Shown piece after piece: positions 10,381 to 20,227 of a DNA stretch of 53,240 bases. Within the stretch, counting starts at the first letter, position 1; the number at the start of each line of letters is the position of its first letter. The notes under the pieces are model-generated. The model worked only from the letters and a program-made list of their open reading frames with translations. It ran no database searches and was not told the origin of the DNA. Source of the stretch: Candidatus Heimdallarchaeota archaeon (lineage in GTDB: Archaea; Asgardarchaeota; Heimdallarchaeia; JABLTI01); the NCBI GenBank assembly GCA_019058275.1, contig JAHLVW010000118.1, positions 1 through 53,240 of the forward strand. Reading direction: 5' to 3'. The position numbers and the translations under genes are program-made.

Positions 10381-11142
10381 ATGGTAGATGAAACTAGTAT
10401 TCCATCAGAAACCAATTCAAAGGAAATAGGATTGGCAATTATCTTGATGGAAGATATGGGTCCTCAAACAGAGATTAATCTTTCATCTCTTGATGAAATC
10501 TCTTCAATGTATTTAGCTGTTAAAGGATTTACAGCTTTTATGTCAGGATTTGAGCGAGATAGTTTTGGTCCAGGGAAAATAAGAGGAATTTTACAAATAC
10601 CTGAGTCAGAACTCTATGCTGTTGCTTTGGATTTAAACATGAGAGGAACAGGTTTTGAAGATGATCCTAGACTACAAAAGGGTCGAATGGGTGTTGTTTG
10701 CTTAATTGCAGATGAAGAGCAATTAAAACTGATTAGAAAATACTACACTGAAACAGAAACATTCCTAATTGAGCATTTGAAAATAATAATATCTGTAAAT
10801 CATTTAAATGACTCATTCTGTAAAAAACTTCTAGATGATTATAATACTTTTATAGCTAAACTAGATGCTAAAGATAAAGATAGTGGAAAGAAAGAATCAG
10901 CAAGTCTTTTTGAAATTGATGTTTTGCTATCGCTACCAAAAGAAGAGAATTTAACAGCTCGAATCATAATGGAATCTATGAGTACTTCTAAACAGGGACT
11001 AACACTTGAGGAAATCAGCAAAAACTCTGATAGAAAACAAAAGAAAGAACAACAAATTATTGACAGTTTATTGGAAAAAGGATTAATAATTGCTATCCCA
11101 TCTCCTCAAAGAAAAGATGATTTGCGTTACACTGCTAAATAA
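10381..11142 (+). CDS. putative uDENN/longin-like N-terminal domain plus C-terminal winged HTH
   Basis: Hydrophobic strand-EDMGP and DPRLQKG-hydrophobic strand pattern; GLTLEEIS...IIDSLLEKGLI wHTH. Confidence 0.5.
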   Translation: MVDETSIPSETNSKEIGLAIILMEDMGPQTEINLSSLDEISSMYLAVKGFTAFMSGFERDSFGPGKIRGILQIPESELYAVALDLNMRGTGFEDDPRLQKGRMGVVCLIADEEQLKLIRKYYTETETFLIEHLKIIISVNHLNDSFCKKLLDDYNTFIAKLDAKDKDSGKKESASLFEIDVLLSLPKEENLTARIIMESMSTSKQGLTLEEISKNSDRKQKKEQQIIDSLLEKGLIIAIPSPQRKDDLRYTAK

Positions 11143-11148
11143 TTAAAA

Positions 11149-11985
11149 TTGGAGTTAATTAATGAAATGAAAGTAATAGTCTTCCACAGTTATAAGGGGG
11201 GAACTGGAAAAACCACTTTAGCATTAAACATAGCAATAAGCTTTGCACGACAAGGCTATAAAACACTAGCAATTGATGCTGATCTTAATGCACCTACATT
11301 TGAGAGCATTTTTGTGGGATTAAATCCAAAGTATAAATTCAATGATTTATTCGAATTTGAATTAAGGAAAAAAGCTTTGAATGACGATGATGGTAAAGAA
11401 AAATCACCACCACAACCCAAGGATTTACCAATTAACTCCTTAATAGAAGAAAATCTTGATTTAGTATTTGCTGAATCCAAACCAAAGTTTGGTTTTGGAT
11501 TACTAAGTATGGATAAGAATTTTCATGTTGGAGCATTAAAAAAACTGATGGAAACAAAAAATGAATTTGAGAAGTTAGGTTATGATTACTTAATTATGGA
11601 TACTTCTCCTTCACTTAATTTAGCTTCCATTAATGCTATTATTATTGCAGATGCAACATTGATTGTTTTAAGACCAAATAAATATGGAATTGCTGGAACT
11701 ACTTTTCTTATTAAGGAGCTATATTCCATGCTTGGAACAGTAAAAAGGAAGGACTACATTGTCTTCAACCAAGTGGTTTCCAAAACTCCTACTAAATTAG
11801 TAAATCAATGGCAGAAGCACTTTAAGAAAAGGTTAGATGTTGAAACAATTGGTATTGTGCATTGCGATTGTGGAGTAGCCTTGAATATGCTATTTGGGAA
11901 TCTAATTGTTGAACATGAAGAAAACAAGGAATTTTCTAAGGTTATTAACAAAATAGTCGAAAAATTAAATCATGACTTGCTATAG
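11149..11985 (+). CDS. MinD/ParA family ATPase
   Basis: Deviant Walker A KGGTGKTT, IDADL and YLIMDTSP. Confidence 0.92.
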   Translation: MELINEMKVIVFHSYKGGTGKTTLALNIAISFARQGYKTLAIDADLNAPTFESIFVGLNPKYKFNDLFEFELRKKALNDDDGKEKSPPQPKDLPINSLIEENLDLVFAESKPKFGFGLLSMDKNFHVGALKKLMETKNEFEKLGYDYLIMDTSPSLNLASINAIIIADATLIVLRPNKYGIAGTTFLIKELYSMLGTVKRKDYIVFNQVVSKTPTKLVNQWQKHFKKRLDVETIGIVHCDCGVALNMLFGNLIVEHEENKEFSKVINKIVEKLNHDLL

Positions 11986-12069
11986 AAAGTTCCAAAATTA
12001 AGTAATACAACAACAATAATGGAAACATTTTTTTTTCAAAATAAACAAATTTAGCTTGAGTAGTGCGAA

Positions 12070-14244
12070 GTGCAGCATCTTTTGTCTAAAATAATTGGTA
12101 TTGATATTCTAGCTGGAACCTCGAGTCAAAAGAAATCATCTTCTAGAGTTAATCGTTTTGCTGCAGTAGTTATGGAAAAGGGAAATATCATCGAAACTCA
12201 TAACTCCATTTCTATAAGAAATCTCATTCGATTGTGCAGACAGCACGAACCAATATTCTTAGGTATAGATAATATATTTGAATTGGAAATAAATTCCGCT
12301 AGGATCATAAGATTCTGTGGGCAGCTACCAATTGATACAAAGATAATACAAGTAACTGGAGCGCCTCCTGATGGTTTTGAGTCACTGAACCGTTTAGCTA
12401 GAAGATACAATATCCCCTACCCTTCTCACCATGCAAATCCTACTCAAACAGCTGAAATTATCTGTAAACTAGCTGAGAAAAATATTGGTTACATCCTAAT
12501 GCCATATGAAGATGAAACTGAAATTAAAATATCTCGAGCAAAAGCAATAGGTCCAGGTGGTTGGTCTCAACAAAGATACTCGAGAAAAATGCGAGGTGAG
12601 ATTTTAACAATAACGCGAGAAATTGAGAAACAGCTACAAGATCACAATATAGATTTCGATTTAGAAGTTCGCAAAACTGAGTATGGTTATGATAATGCAG
12701 TGTTTAGAGCATATTCTTCTTTATCTGCCATAAGAAAAGTAGTGAAGCCTTTCAGAGGGGAATTATCTCGAGTATCAGTTTCACCTATTAGAAAAAAGAG
12801 ATTGGAATTTATTCCCGCTTCCGGCAGTAGAGGAAAATTCTCTTCAGGAATTAGAAGAAAATCTGAAAGAGGTTTAATTGTTGGAATAGATCCTGGACCA
12901 AACACAGGTGTTGCTGTTCTTAATTTCGCTGGAAAAATATTGTTGGTTGATTCCTTACGAAGTGTAGCAAGAGGTGATATAATCAGAAAGATAACCATGC
13001 TTGGTGATCCAGCATTAATCGCAGCAGATGTTACTCCCCCGCCAGATTTCGTAGTGAAAATTTCTAAAATGCTGAATACTTCATTATTTTTCCCGGAGAA
13101 ACTCTATAGCTCAGATGAAAAAAACCGAACAGTTAATGATTTTACAGAGATTAACAGGACTAGAGTAAAAGGATCTCATAAAAGAGATGCTTTATTTGCT
13201 GCCATAAAAGGTTATAACAAATACATGGGATTATTTGATCGGATTGACAATGAGCTTTCAAAATCAAAGGATATTGGATTACGCAATAAAGTAAAACAAG
13301 TTGTTATCAAAGAAGAAATGAATATTCAAGAAGCTATTGAAGAGGTTCGTAATCGTGAGAAGGTTTTCGAAAGACCCGAAATCAAACTTAAAAAGGAAGA
13401 AGAACTAACTGAAAGTGAAAAATCGTTAATAGAAAAGATTGATGCTCTCAAAGAACTTATTGATCGTCAAACAACTCATATTGAAAACCTTGAAGATTTA
13501 AATGAACAGATATTTGATGATATTGAAAGTCTTCGTAAAGAAAACAAAAATCTGAAACAAAGAATCAAGAAAGTTACTAATAAGCAATCACAGGAGCTAA
13601 AAAGAGAAAAAGCAATAAAGACGAGAGATGACGATCTGAGATTTCTGAGAAGTAGAGTAAAGGAACTTGAAAGTGAACTCTCTAAGGTAACTAGAATTAT
13701 TTCTGATCTTAAAAGAATGATAGTAATGGGTTCAAATCGAGTTGTTGTTCCTATGAAAGTTGTTTTTGAATTCTCTCGAGAGGGCATTGAAAAAACCATT
13801 TCTAGAATGAACATTGAACCATTTGATGTTATTTTACTAGTAGATCCTTCAGGTGGTGGAAAGAGAACTGCAGAGATGCTTATAGAAAGAGAAGTCAAAG
13901 CAGTTGTTTGTGCAAAAAACAATATTTCCAATTTAGCCATGGAAGCTTTCATTAGTGCTAACATTCCAGTATTGTTTCATATGGAAATAAGGCAGATAGA
14001 TGATATAGCTGTTACCTATTATGATGAACTGGAACAAGCCATTAATGGCTGGGAGGAACAAAGACAGGAATTTTTAGGGGAAAGAACAGAAGATAAACTT
14101 GGAACACTAATTGCAGAATATCAAAGCAAACGTAAAAAAGAACTAGAACAGATTTACAAAGATGAAAGAAAAGGTAGAAGTAAAACCGGCACTCCTAAAA
14201 AACCCATAAAAATCATTAAATCAAAGGATATTGAAGAAGAATAA
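12070..14244 (+). CDS. DUF460-domain protein (RNase H-like folds plus long coiled coil)
   Basis: IIGIDI, IIQVTG, GPGGWSQQRYSR, IVGIDPG, DVTPPP and HKRDALFAA. Confidence 0.88.
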   Translation: MQHLLSKIIGIDILAGTSSQKKSSSRVNRFAAVVMEKGNIIETHNSISIRNLIRLCRQHEPIFLGIDNIFELEINSARIIRFCGQLPIDTKIIQVTGAPPDGFESLNRLARRYNIPYPSHHANPTQTAEIICKLAEKNIGYILMPYEDETEIKISRAKAIGPGGWSQQRYSRKMRGEILTITREIEKQLQDHNIDFDLEVRKTEYGYDNAVFRAYSSLSAIRKVVKPFRGELSRVSVSPIRKKRLEFIPASGSRGKFSSGIRRKSERGLIVGIDPGPNTGVAVLNFAGKILLVDSLRSVARGDIIRKITMLGDPALIAADVTPPPDFVVKISKMLNTSLFFPEKLYSSDEKNRTVNDFTEINRTRVKGSHKRDALFAAIKGYNKYMGLFDRIDNELSKSKDIGLRNKVKQVVIKEEMNIQEAIEEVRNREKVFERPEIKLKKEEELTESEKSLIEKIDALKELIDRQTTHIENLEDLNEQIFDDIESLRKENKNLKQRIKKVTNKQSQELKREKAIKTRDDDLRFLRSRVKELESELSKVTRIISDLKRMIVMGSNRVVVPMKVVFEFSREGIEKTISRMNIEPFDVILLVDPSGGGKRTAEMLIEREVKAVVCAKNNISNLAMEAFISANIPVLFHMEIRQIDDIAVTYYDELEQAINGWEEQRQEFLGERTEDKLGTLIAEYQSKRKKELEQIYKDERKGRSKTGTPKKPIKIIKSKDIEEE

Positions 14245-14323
14245 TCTATTGCAATAAATCTAGATTCAATTAGCTTGTTGATTTGCGATAATTAAAAACT
14301 AAAGAACAAATCTATTTTGGAAG

Positions 14324-14566
14324 CTATTCTGGTTTTTGATCAATTTGTACCCAAAGAATGTTATTGCCACGTATGAAAATTTTACCAAAGGATGCAACTT
14401 TTTCTCCTCTAAAGTATTCAAGTGCATTTTGTAGAACCATATTCATGTGTTGGTCTTGAGCATCTAAATATCCTCGAAATTCTCGACCGTCTTTTAGTCT
14501 TATGATTATGAAATTGCTGTAAGCTTTTCGTAAACGATTAATTGGATGGGAATTGAATGTTGACAT
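14324..14566 (-). CDS. Sm-like (LSm/SmAP) RNA-binding protein
   Basis: Sm1 IRLKDGREFRGYLDAQDQHMNMVL and Sm2 IFIRGNNI. Confidence 0.95.
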   Translation of the reverse strand: MSTFNSHPINRLRKAYSNFIIIRLKDGREFRGYLDAQDQHMNMVLQNALEYFRGEKVASFGKIFIRGNNILWVQIDQKPE

Positions 14567-14740
14567 ATATATTTATCATCCTAATAGATTCTATAATTAT
14601 TGAAGATTCATACTTTAAAAAGCTAATGAATGCTAACAACAATTTTTGATGTGGAATTTTTCCACTCGTTTCATTGATTTTTCTAAGAATAAAAGGTTTT
14701 CTAAAAAATTGAATGTAAAAAAAGAAAGGAAAGAGGTCGT

Positions 14741-17128
14741 TTACGCTATGTAAAACGCCTCAGATGTAAGGCCATCATATTCTTCTGGTTCGTCTCCTCC
14801 GCCATAAGGATATGCTGCATGTGCATAAGCAAAAACATCTTCCATTGAAACTGATGCACTACCACCAAAATGGTTTTGCCAAGAGTAATCCAAGAAGTAG
14901 TATGTCCACAGACCATTATTATTTGCTGGTGAGTCATAACCATATCCGTTATCAGTACAAGTCATTGCTACATAAACATTGTTGCTATTTGGCATGTTCA
15001 TCAAATCGGGACCAAATCCTCCTGAATAACAATGATCAATGAAAACAAAAATACTGTCAGCGACAGCATCATCAAGAATAGCTTTTAGTTCTGTGTCGTA
15101 GAAGTCACCATCTTCACCGTTTTCTCCTGCAGCACAATCCCATTGACATAGATAAGAAGAGCCAACGCCATTACCAGAACCGTGTCCAGAAGTTATGAAA
15201 GCGATTATATCATCTGAATCCGCTAGGTTTACCATGTTAATTAATGCTTGTTTAACATTATACTCAGTTGCATAACCATCCCATTGTGGATAGTTAGTAG
15301 TATGGCCATCACCGTAAACCCAAATGTAATCATAATCCATTTGTGCACTTGTTAGATGATAATACCAATCAGTAGCATCTTCGTCACAGTAATTCAAATC
15401 ACTGATTGCTTTGTAGTATGAAATACCTACAATTACTGCATATTTTATAACCTGAACAGCAGTAGTATCAACAGTAAAGGTGACTGAATCAGTGGCGTCA
15501 TTACCTGCAAAATCCCATGCTCGGAGATCTACAGTATGAGAAGCATCTGTTAATCCAGTGAATGTATGGCTTGTGCTTGTACCTTTATTTATCCAAGAAC
15601 CACCATTGAGTCGAATCTCATAATAGTCAATACCACTTCCAACATCAGAACCAGACCATATGATATTTACATCAGTTGATGCAACAATAGAACCATCACT
15701 TGGTGAAGTTATTGTAACGATTGGAGGAGTTGTATCAAGACCACTTAGAGTAACAGTAATTGTATAAGTTCCTGATACACTATATGCATAACACCCAACT
15801 TTCCATGTTCCAGAAGTAGCAGCAGGTTCAACAGTTATCCATTCAGGATTAACAGAATAACCAGAATAGGCACTGTTAGGAATGGTTATTTTTACTGAGT
15901 GATCAGTATATGTCCAACCACCAGTTCGAAGATTTTGATCATCCCACATACTAAGATCGAAATCATAACTACTACTAAATGCTAATTCAACTTCTACTTT
16001 AGCAGTAGCAACTGGAACAGAAAATTCGTGTTGTTTACTATCTGAACCTTGACTTACTGAACCTGTAAAGGTATATACAATAGGTTCTGTTCCACCAGAA
16101 GTATCAACAGTAAAGGTAACTGAATCGAGATTGCTGTTTCCAGCAACATCCCATGCCTGAACATCTACTGTATGACTACTATCTGCTAATCCAATGAAAG
16201 TATGACTAGTGGTAGTTCCTTTATTTATCCAAGAACCAAAATCAATTCGAACCTCATAATAGTCAATACCGCTATCAGCATCTGAACCAGTCCAAAAAGT
16301 TGCAACATCTGAACTAGTTAATAATGCTCCATTAGATGGGGAAGTTATAGTTATATCCGGAGGAGTTGTATCAGGAAGATCAATTGTAAAACTAATGCTA
16401 TCTAAATTATTATTACCAGCATTATCCCAAGCATGAACATCTACAGTATGTCCACTTTCAGCTAAACTTGTGAATGTATGGCTTGTAACTGTACCTTTAT
16501 TTATCCATGAACCTAAATCTATTCGTATTTCATAGTAGTTAATGCCACTATCAGCATCTGAGCCAGTCCAAGTAACTGTAACATCATCGGTAGTAAGAGT
16601 TGCACCATTAGAAGGTGAAGTAATTGAAATAGTTGGTGGGGTAGTATCAGAAACATCTGATGTAACAATGACAGTTATTGTGTATGATCCTGAACCACGA
16701 TAGGAATAACACCCAATTTTCCATATTCCGGATGTTGTTGGAGGTTCAACAGTTATCCATTCAGGATTTGCTGAATAGCCAGAATAAGCACTGTTTGGAA
16801 TGTTATACTTAGTAGAACGATCAGAAGCAGTCCATCCACCAGTTCGACGATTTAGATCATCCCATAAGCTAAGATCAAAATCATAACTGCTACTGAAGGA
16901 TAATTCAACTTCAATCAAAATTATATCAGAAGGAACTGAAAAGGTATGCAAAGTACCATCAGAACCTTGACTGACAGAACCAGTAAATGTATGTACTACT
17001 GGAGCCTTAATATTAGTGGTATAAACCTTTTGATTTTCTGCTAAAGAATGATCAAGAGGTATTACTGAAATAGTTACAAAAAACAATAATAGAATAAACA
17101 AACTAACAAAAATTTTACTTTTTTTCAT
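14741..17128 (-). CDS. secreted multidomain caspase-like (clan CD/C14-type) peptidase with 2 PPC-like and 3 Ig/FN3-like repeats
   Basis: Signal peptide; duplicated ~110-aa domain; three DTTPP-x-I/V-x-ITSPS repeats; C-terminal YAVIVGIS, SGHG and IDHCYSGG His/Cys dyad. Confidence 0.85.
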   Translation of the reverse strand: MKKSKIFVSLFILLLFFVTISVIPLDHSLAENQKVYTTNIKAPVVHTFTGSVSQGSDGTLHTFSVPSDIILIEVELSFSSSYDFDLSLWDDLNRRTGGWTASDRSTKYNIPNSAYSGYSANPEWITVEPPTTSGIWKIGCYSYRGSGSYTITVIVTSDVSDTTPPTISITSPSNGATLTTDDVTVTWTGSDADSGINYYEIRIDLGSWINKGTVTSHTFTSLAESGHTVDVHAWDNAGNNNLDSISFTIDLPDTTPPDITITSPSNGALLTSSDVATFWTGSDADSGIDYYEVRIDFGSWINKGTTTSHTFIGLADSSHTVDVQAWDVAGNSNLDSVTFTVDTSGGTEPIVYTFTGSVSQGSDSKQHEFSVPVATAKVEVELAFSSSYDFDLSMWDDQNLRTGGWTYTDHSVKITIPNSAYSGYSVNPEWITVEPAATSGTWKVGCYAYSVSGTYTITVTLSGLDTTPPIVTITSPSDGSIVASTDVNIIWSGSDVGSGIDYYEIRLNGGSWINKGTSTSHTFTGLTDASHTVDLRAWDFAGNDATDSVTFTVDTTAVQVIKYAVIVGISYYKAISDLNYCDEDATDWYYHLTSAQMDYDYIWVYGDGHTTNYPQWDGYATEYNVKQALINMVNLADSDDIIAFITSGHGSGNGVGSSYLCQWDCAAGENGEDGDFYDTELKAILDDAVADSIFVFIDHCYSGGFGPDLMNMPNSNNVYVAMTCTDNGYGYDSPANNNGLWTYYFLDYSWQNHFGGSASVSMEDVFAYAHAAYPYGGGDEPEEYDGLTSEAFYIA

Positions 17129-17367
17129 AAGAATCCCACACTTCCAATAAAATAATATTGGGAGATCGTTTGTGTTAGTAATGGATAATTTTCTGATATT
17201 TATAAGGATTTTTAAAAAAAATCCACTTTGAGAATCACTATAGGAATTTATATACTGAAAGAAAAAATGCTAAAAAGAGAATTCTTAACAATCGAAAGAT
17301 TTTATAAGGAAAAAACTACCAACAAAGAACTAGGTGTCGCAAAAAGCTCTACTTAAGCACTAGGGTT

Positions 17368-17470
17368 GTCGCGGTAGCTTAGCCCGGAAGATCTTGAGGT
17401 TTGATCTGGGTACGAGAGCGCAGGACTGAAGATCCTGTTGTCGGGTGTTCAAATCACCCCCGCGACACCA
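17368..17470 (+). tRNA. tRNA-Phe(GAA) with encoded CCA and a 26-nt intron in the D-loop (~17388-17413)
   Basis: Acceptor GTCGCGG/CCGCGAC, D stem GCTT/GAGC, anticodon arm CAGGA-CTGAAGA-TCCTG, T arm GGGTG-TTCAAAT-CACCC, then ACCA. Confidence 0.95.
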
Positions 17471-17478
17471 ACTAATTA

Positions 17479-18273
17479 TTACTTTTTCTTAGATAACTCT
17501 TTTATAATTGCTAATGTGATTTCTCCTTCCAATTCAACGCAGTTCTTATAGTCTGGTTTTTCCCAAGATATCCTCCAACCTTCTAATGGATTATAATAAC
17601 TATAAAAAATCGAACCGAATCCAACATTTTTTTGCTGACAGATAGTTGCAAGTACATTCAATTCTCCATTTTCCATAGATATACAGTCAAGCTTTTGTAA
17701 TTGTACTATCTCGTTCTTTGTAAGTCTATATATTGCTTCCTTAGAATGATTCTTGCCTACATGGTAATTCTCCGTTCTTTTCGTTGTTTGATTTATTATT
17801 AAATCAACAATTTCTTCATCAATTTGAGTTTCTTCATCTGTATTTCTACCATAGTAGATTGAAGTTCCATCCGGTCCTAATGCGTGTGTAGGTATTAGAA
17901 AATCTAGTAACTTAACATTCTTCCCTATTCCCCATGCACCACAAACAAGAAGTATAATTTTTGCTCCACAATAGATTAAATCTTCAGCAACAGATGCTAA
18001 AGTAGATGATCCCATTGATGGTTTTATAGCTGTTATTGGAATTTTATTATAAGATCCTCTATAAAAATCACCTGATGCATAAGGATGATAAGGTTTTAAC
18101 CAATCATAATGAACCATTTTCATTTCTTCTTTAAGATATTCTAGTAGAAAATCAGAGAAGAAAATAATAACAAAAGGATCAACATTGAAATTTGATTTCT
18201 CTTTATTTGATGATTTGATTGCAGCTTCAAGAACATCTTCAGAAGTTAATAGTAATTTTTCATTCACAATCAT
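17479..18273 (-). CDS. nucleoside phosphorylase (PNP/UDP family)
   Basis: MGSSTLASVAEDLIYCGAK, DGTSIYY and CISMENGEL. Confidence 0.8.
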   Translation of the reverse strand: MIVNEKLLLTSEDVLEAAIKSSNKEKSNFNVDPFVIIFFSDFLLEYLKEEMKMVHYDWLKPYHPYASGDFYRGSYNKIPITAIKPSMGSSTLASVAEDLIYCGAKIILLVCGAWGIGKNVKLLDFLIPTHALGPDGTSIYYGRNTDEETQIDEEIVDLIINQTTKRTENYHVGKNHSKEAIYRLTKNEIVQLQKLDCISMENGELNVLATICQQKNVGFGSIFYSYYNPLEGWRISWEKPDYKNCVELEGEITLAIIKELSKKK

Positions 18274-18329
18274 ACCTCAAATAACTAAGGAGAATTTAAT
18301 ATTTATTGATTTTCATTTTGTTTGGTTAT

Positions 18330-18349
18330 AAATCACCTCCGCGACACCA
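18330..18349 (+). repeat. att-like direct repeat of the tRNA-Phe 3' end
   Basis: AAATCACCTCCGCGACACCA vs 17451-17470 AAATCACCCCCGCGACACCA (19/20). Confidence 0.9.
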
Positions 18350-18414
18350 CTTATTTATTTCCTACTTCATCAATGGTTACTTTTATTTAGTTATGTTCAT
18401 ATTGTAACTCCATT

Positions 18415-19053
18415 ATGGAACGAAAATGGAAAATAACTCTTGGTATTTTTACATCAATAATTGTTTTAATTGGAAGTACTGTGGGAATAATAAAACTAGT
18501 TGATTTTCTTCAAAATAGTAATCCTTCAGTAATAAATAATGAACCACCCGTTTTGGAATTTCCAGTTGAGAATATTGAGGTACTAATTACACTAGATGCT
18601 TTCATTTGGAATGAAACAGCACAGATCCACAATGGTATTGATTTTGGGATAAATGATACAGCAACTATTATTGCCCCTTGCAATATGACCGTCAATGATA
18701 AGAATTTGTTTTATAATGAAATTGGAGATCATTGGCAAGCTGGACTATCTTTCGATATTAATGATGATTATGAATTGTTTATTGCCTTCGAATCCTTTGC
18801 TGAGAATGAAACTTTTGGTAATCTGCAACTAGATGCAATGATTGTTGAAATTGGACAAGTTGTAACCCAAGGTGAATTACTTGGGCACTTGCTATTTCAT
18901 CGTATGGGTGCTCATATTCATTTTATGCTACATAAAAATTATAAACCTGTTTGTCCCTATCTCTATTTTAGTTCAGAAGCGAAAACCATTTTTGATACTC
19001 TCTGGACTCAAATTGGTACAAGTAGTAATCCTTGTAATGGGACTATAAGTTGA
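18415..19053 (+). CDS. membrane-anchored M23-family metallopeptidase-like protein
   Basis: N-terminal TM segment; HNGID (HxxxD) and HIH (HxH) Zn motifs. Confidence 0.8.
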   Translation: MERKWKITLGIFTSIIVLIGSTVGIIKLVDFLQNSNPSVINNEPPVLEFPVENIEVLITLDAFIWNETAQIHNGIDFGINDTATIIAPCNMTVNDKNLFYNEIGDHWQAGLSFDINDDYELFIAFESFAENETFGNLQLDAMIVEIGQVVTQGELLGHLLFHRMGAHIHFMLHKNYKPVCPYLYFSSEAKTIFDTLWTQIGTSSNPCNGTIS

Positions 19054-19138
19054 AGATTTCAATTATTTATCATTCATCAGAAAAAAGAGAATAAAGAAAT
19101 ATGTTAAGAAACAATCATTAATCTGAGGAGAATGCCCA

Positions 19139-19639
19139 ATGATAGATCCTAGTGCATTTATTTTGTTTTTAGAAAGTAACTTTCAGTTCATTTCAGGCGT
19201 ACCTTGCTCTTATTTTAAGCAATTTCTAATTCACCTTAATTCACTTAAAAATAAAACAAAACTGAAACATGTTTTAGCAACTAGAGAAGATGAAGCAATA
19301 GGTATAGCCTCAGGGGTTGCTTTTTCAGGAAAACAAGTCCTTGTTTACTTGCAGAATAGTGGTTTAGGTAATATCGGAGATGCTTTATCTTCACTCGCTC
19401 AATTATACAAATTACCCATGTTGATACTAGTTAGTTACAGAGGTCTGGAATCTGATAGAGATTTTCCTGAACATTCGATAATGGGAGAAATCACAGAACC
19501 TGTTTTGAAAGCCATGAAGGTTCCCTATTTTAATCTAACAGAAGACAAATGGGAAGCAGATTTGAATAACGCTTTGAAAGTGATGGAAGAAACCTCTTCT
19601 CCAGTAGCTTTGCTAATAAAAGATGGAGTGTTAAGCTAA
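19139..19639 (+). CDS. comD: sulfopyruvate/phosphonopyruvate decarboxylase alpha subunit
   Basis: GVPCS, TREDEAIGIASG, LQNSGLGN and SYRG. Confidence 0.75.
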   Translation: MIDPSAFILFLESNFQFISGVPCSYFKQFLIHLNSLKNKTKLKHVLATREDEAIGIASGVAFSGKQVLVYLQNSGLGNIGDALSSLAQLYKLPMLILVSYRGLESDRDFPEHSIMGEITEPVLKAMKVPYFNLTEDKWEADLNNALKVMEETSSPVALLIKDGVLS

Positions 19640-20205
19640 TGAAAGGTTTTGAAGTTATTACAGCACTGAAGAATTTTATTTCCGAGAGCGACGTTATCGT
19701 GAGCTCAAATGGTAATATCAGTAGAGAAGCTTATCACATTCTTCCTAAACCTCAAGTTTACCTCAGGGGGTCAATGGGTCTACCAGTTTCTGTTGGACTT
19801 GGATTAGCATTAGCTAATCCTGATAAGAGAATCATTGTAATAACCGGAGATGGTAATTTTCTGATGGGGTTAGGCTCAGCAATTACTACTGCCTTTTACC
19901 AACTTACCAATCTGAAAATTCTCATACTGGACAATCTGAAGTATTTTACAACTGGCGGTCAACAAACAGTTTCTTCAGCACTTAATTATTCTAAATTTCT
20001 AGATTCATTAAGCATTGGATATAAAGCATCGAAAGAAGCATCTATGGATCGTATAGATGAAGATTTATCTGTATTTCTTAATTCAGAATCTTTTAGTATT
20101 TTACATTTAGCTATCAAAGCTTCGAAAGAGAATTTAGAGAACATTCCATGGCATCCAGAAGAGATTACTGAGAAGATAACTAAGAGATTAACTAAATCAA
20201 AATAA
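19639..20205 (+). CDS. comE: sulfopyruvate/phosphonopyruvate decarboxylase beta subunit (ThDP-binding)
   Basis: GSMG, GDGNFLM...LDN and TGGQ; stop/start overlap with the alpha subunit. Confidence 0.75.
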   Translation: MKGFEVITALKNFISESDVIVSSNGNISREAYHILPKPQVYLRGSMGLPVSVGLGLALANPDKRIIVITGDGNFLMGLGSAITTAFYQLTNLKILILDNLKYFTTGGQQTVSSALNYSKFLDSLSIGYKASKEASMDRIDEDLSVFLNSESFSILHLAIKASKENLENIPWHPEEITEKITKRLTKSK

Positions 20206-20227
20206 AGTAAAGAAAGAAAAAAAGGCT

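Noticed and set aside
15460-17000. Repeated DNA segments that might suggest a CRISPR array
   Set aside because: They are in-frame domain duplications within the secreted protease, with no repeat-spacer periodicity.
17333-17340. GGTGTCGC, an inverted copy of the tRNA 3' end upstream of the gene
   Set aside because: Only 8 nt; cannot be distinguished from chance.
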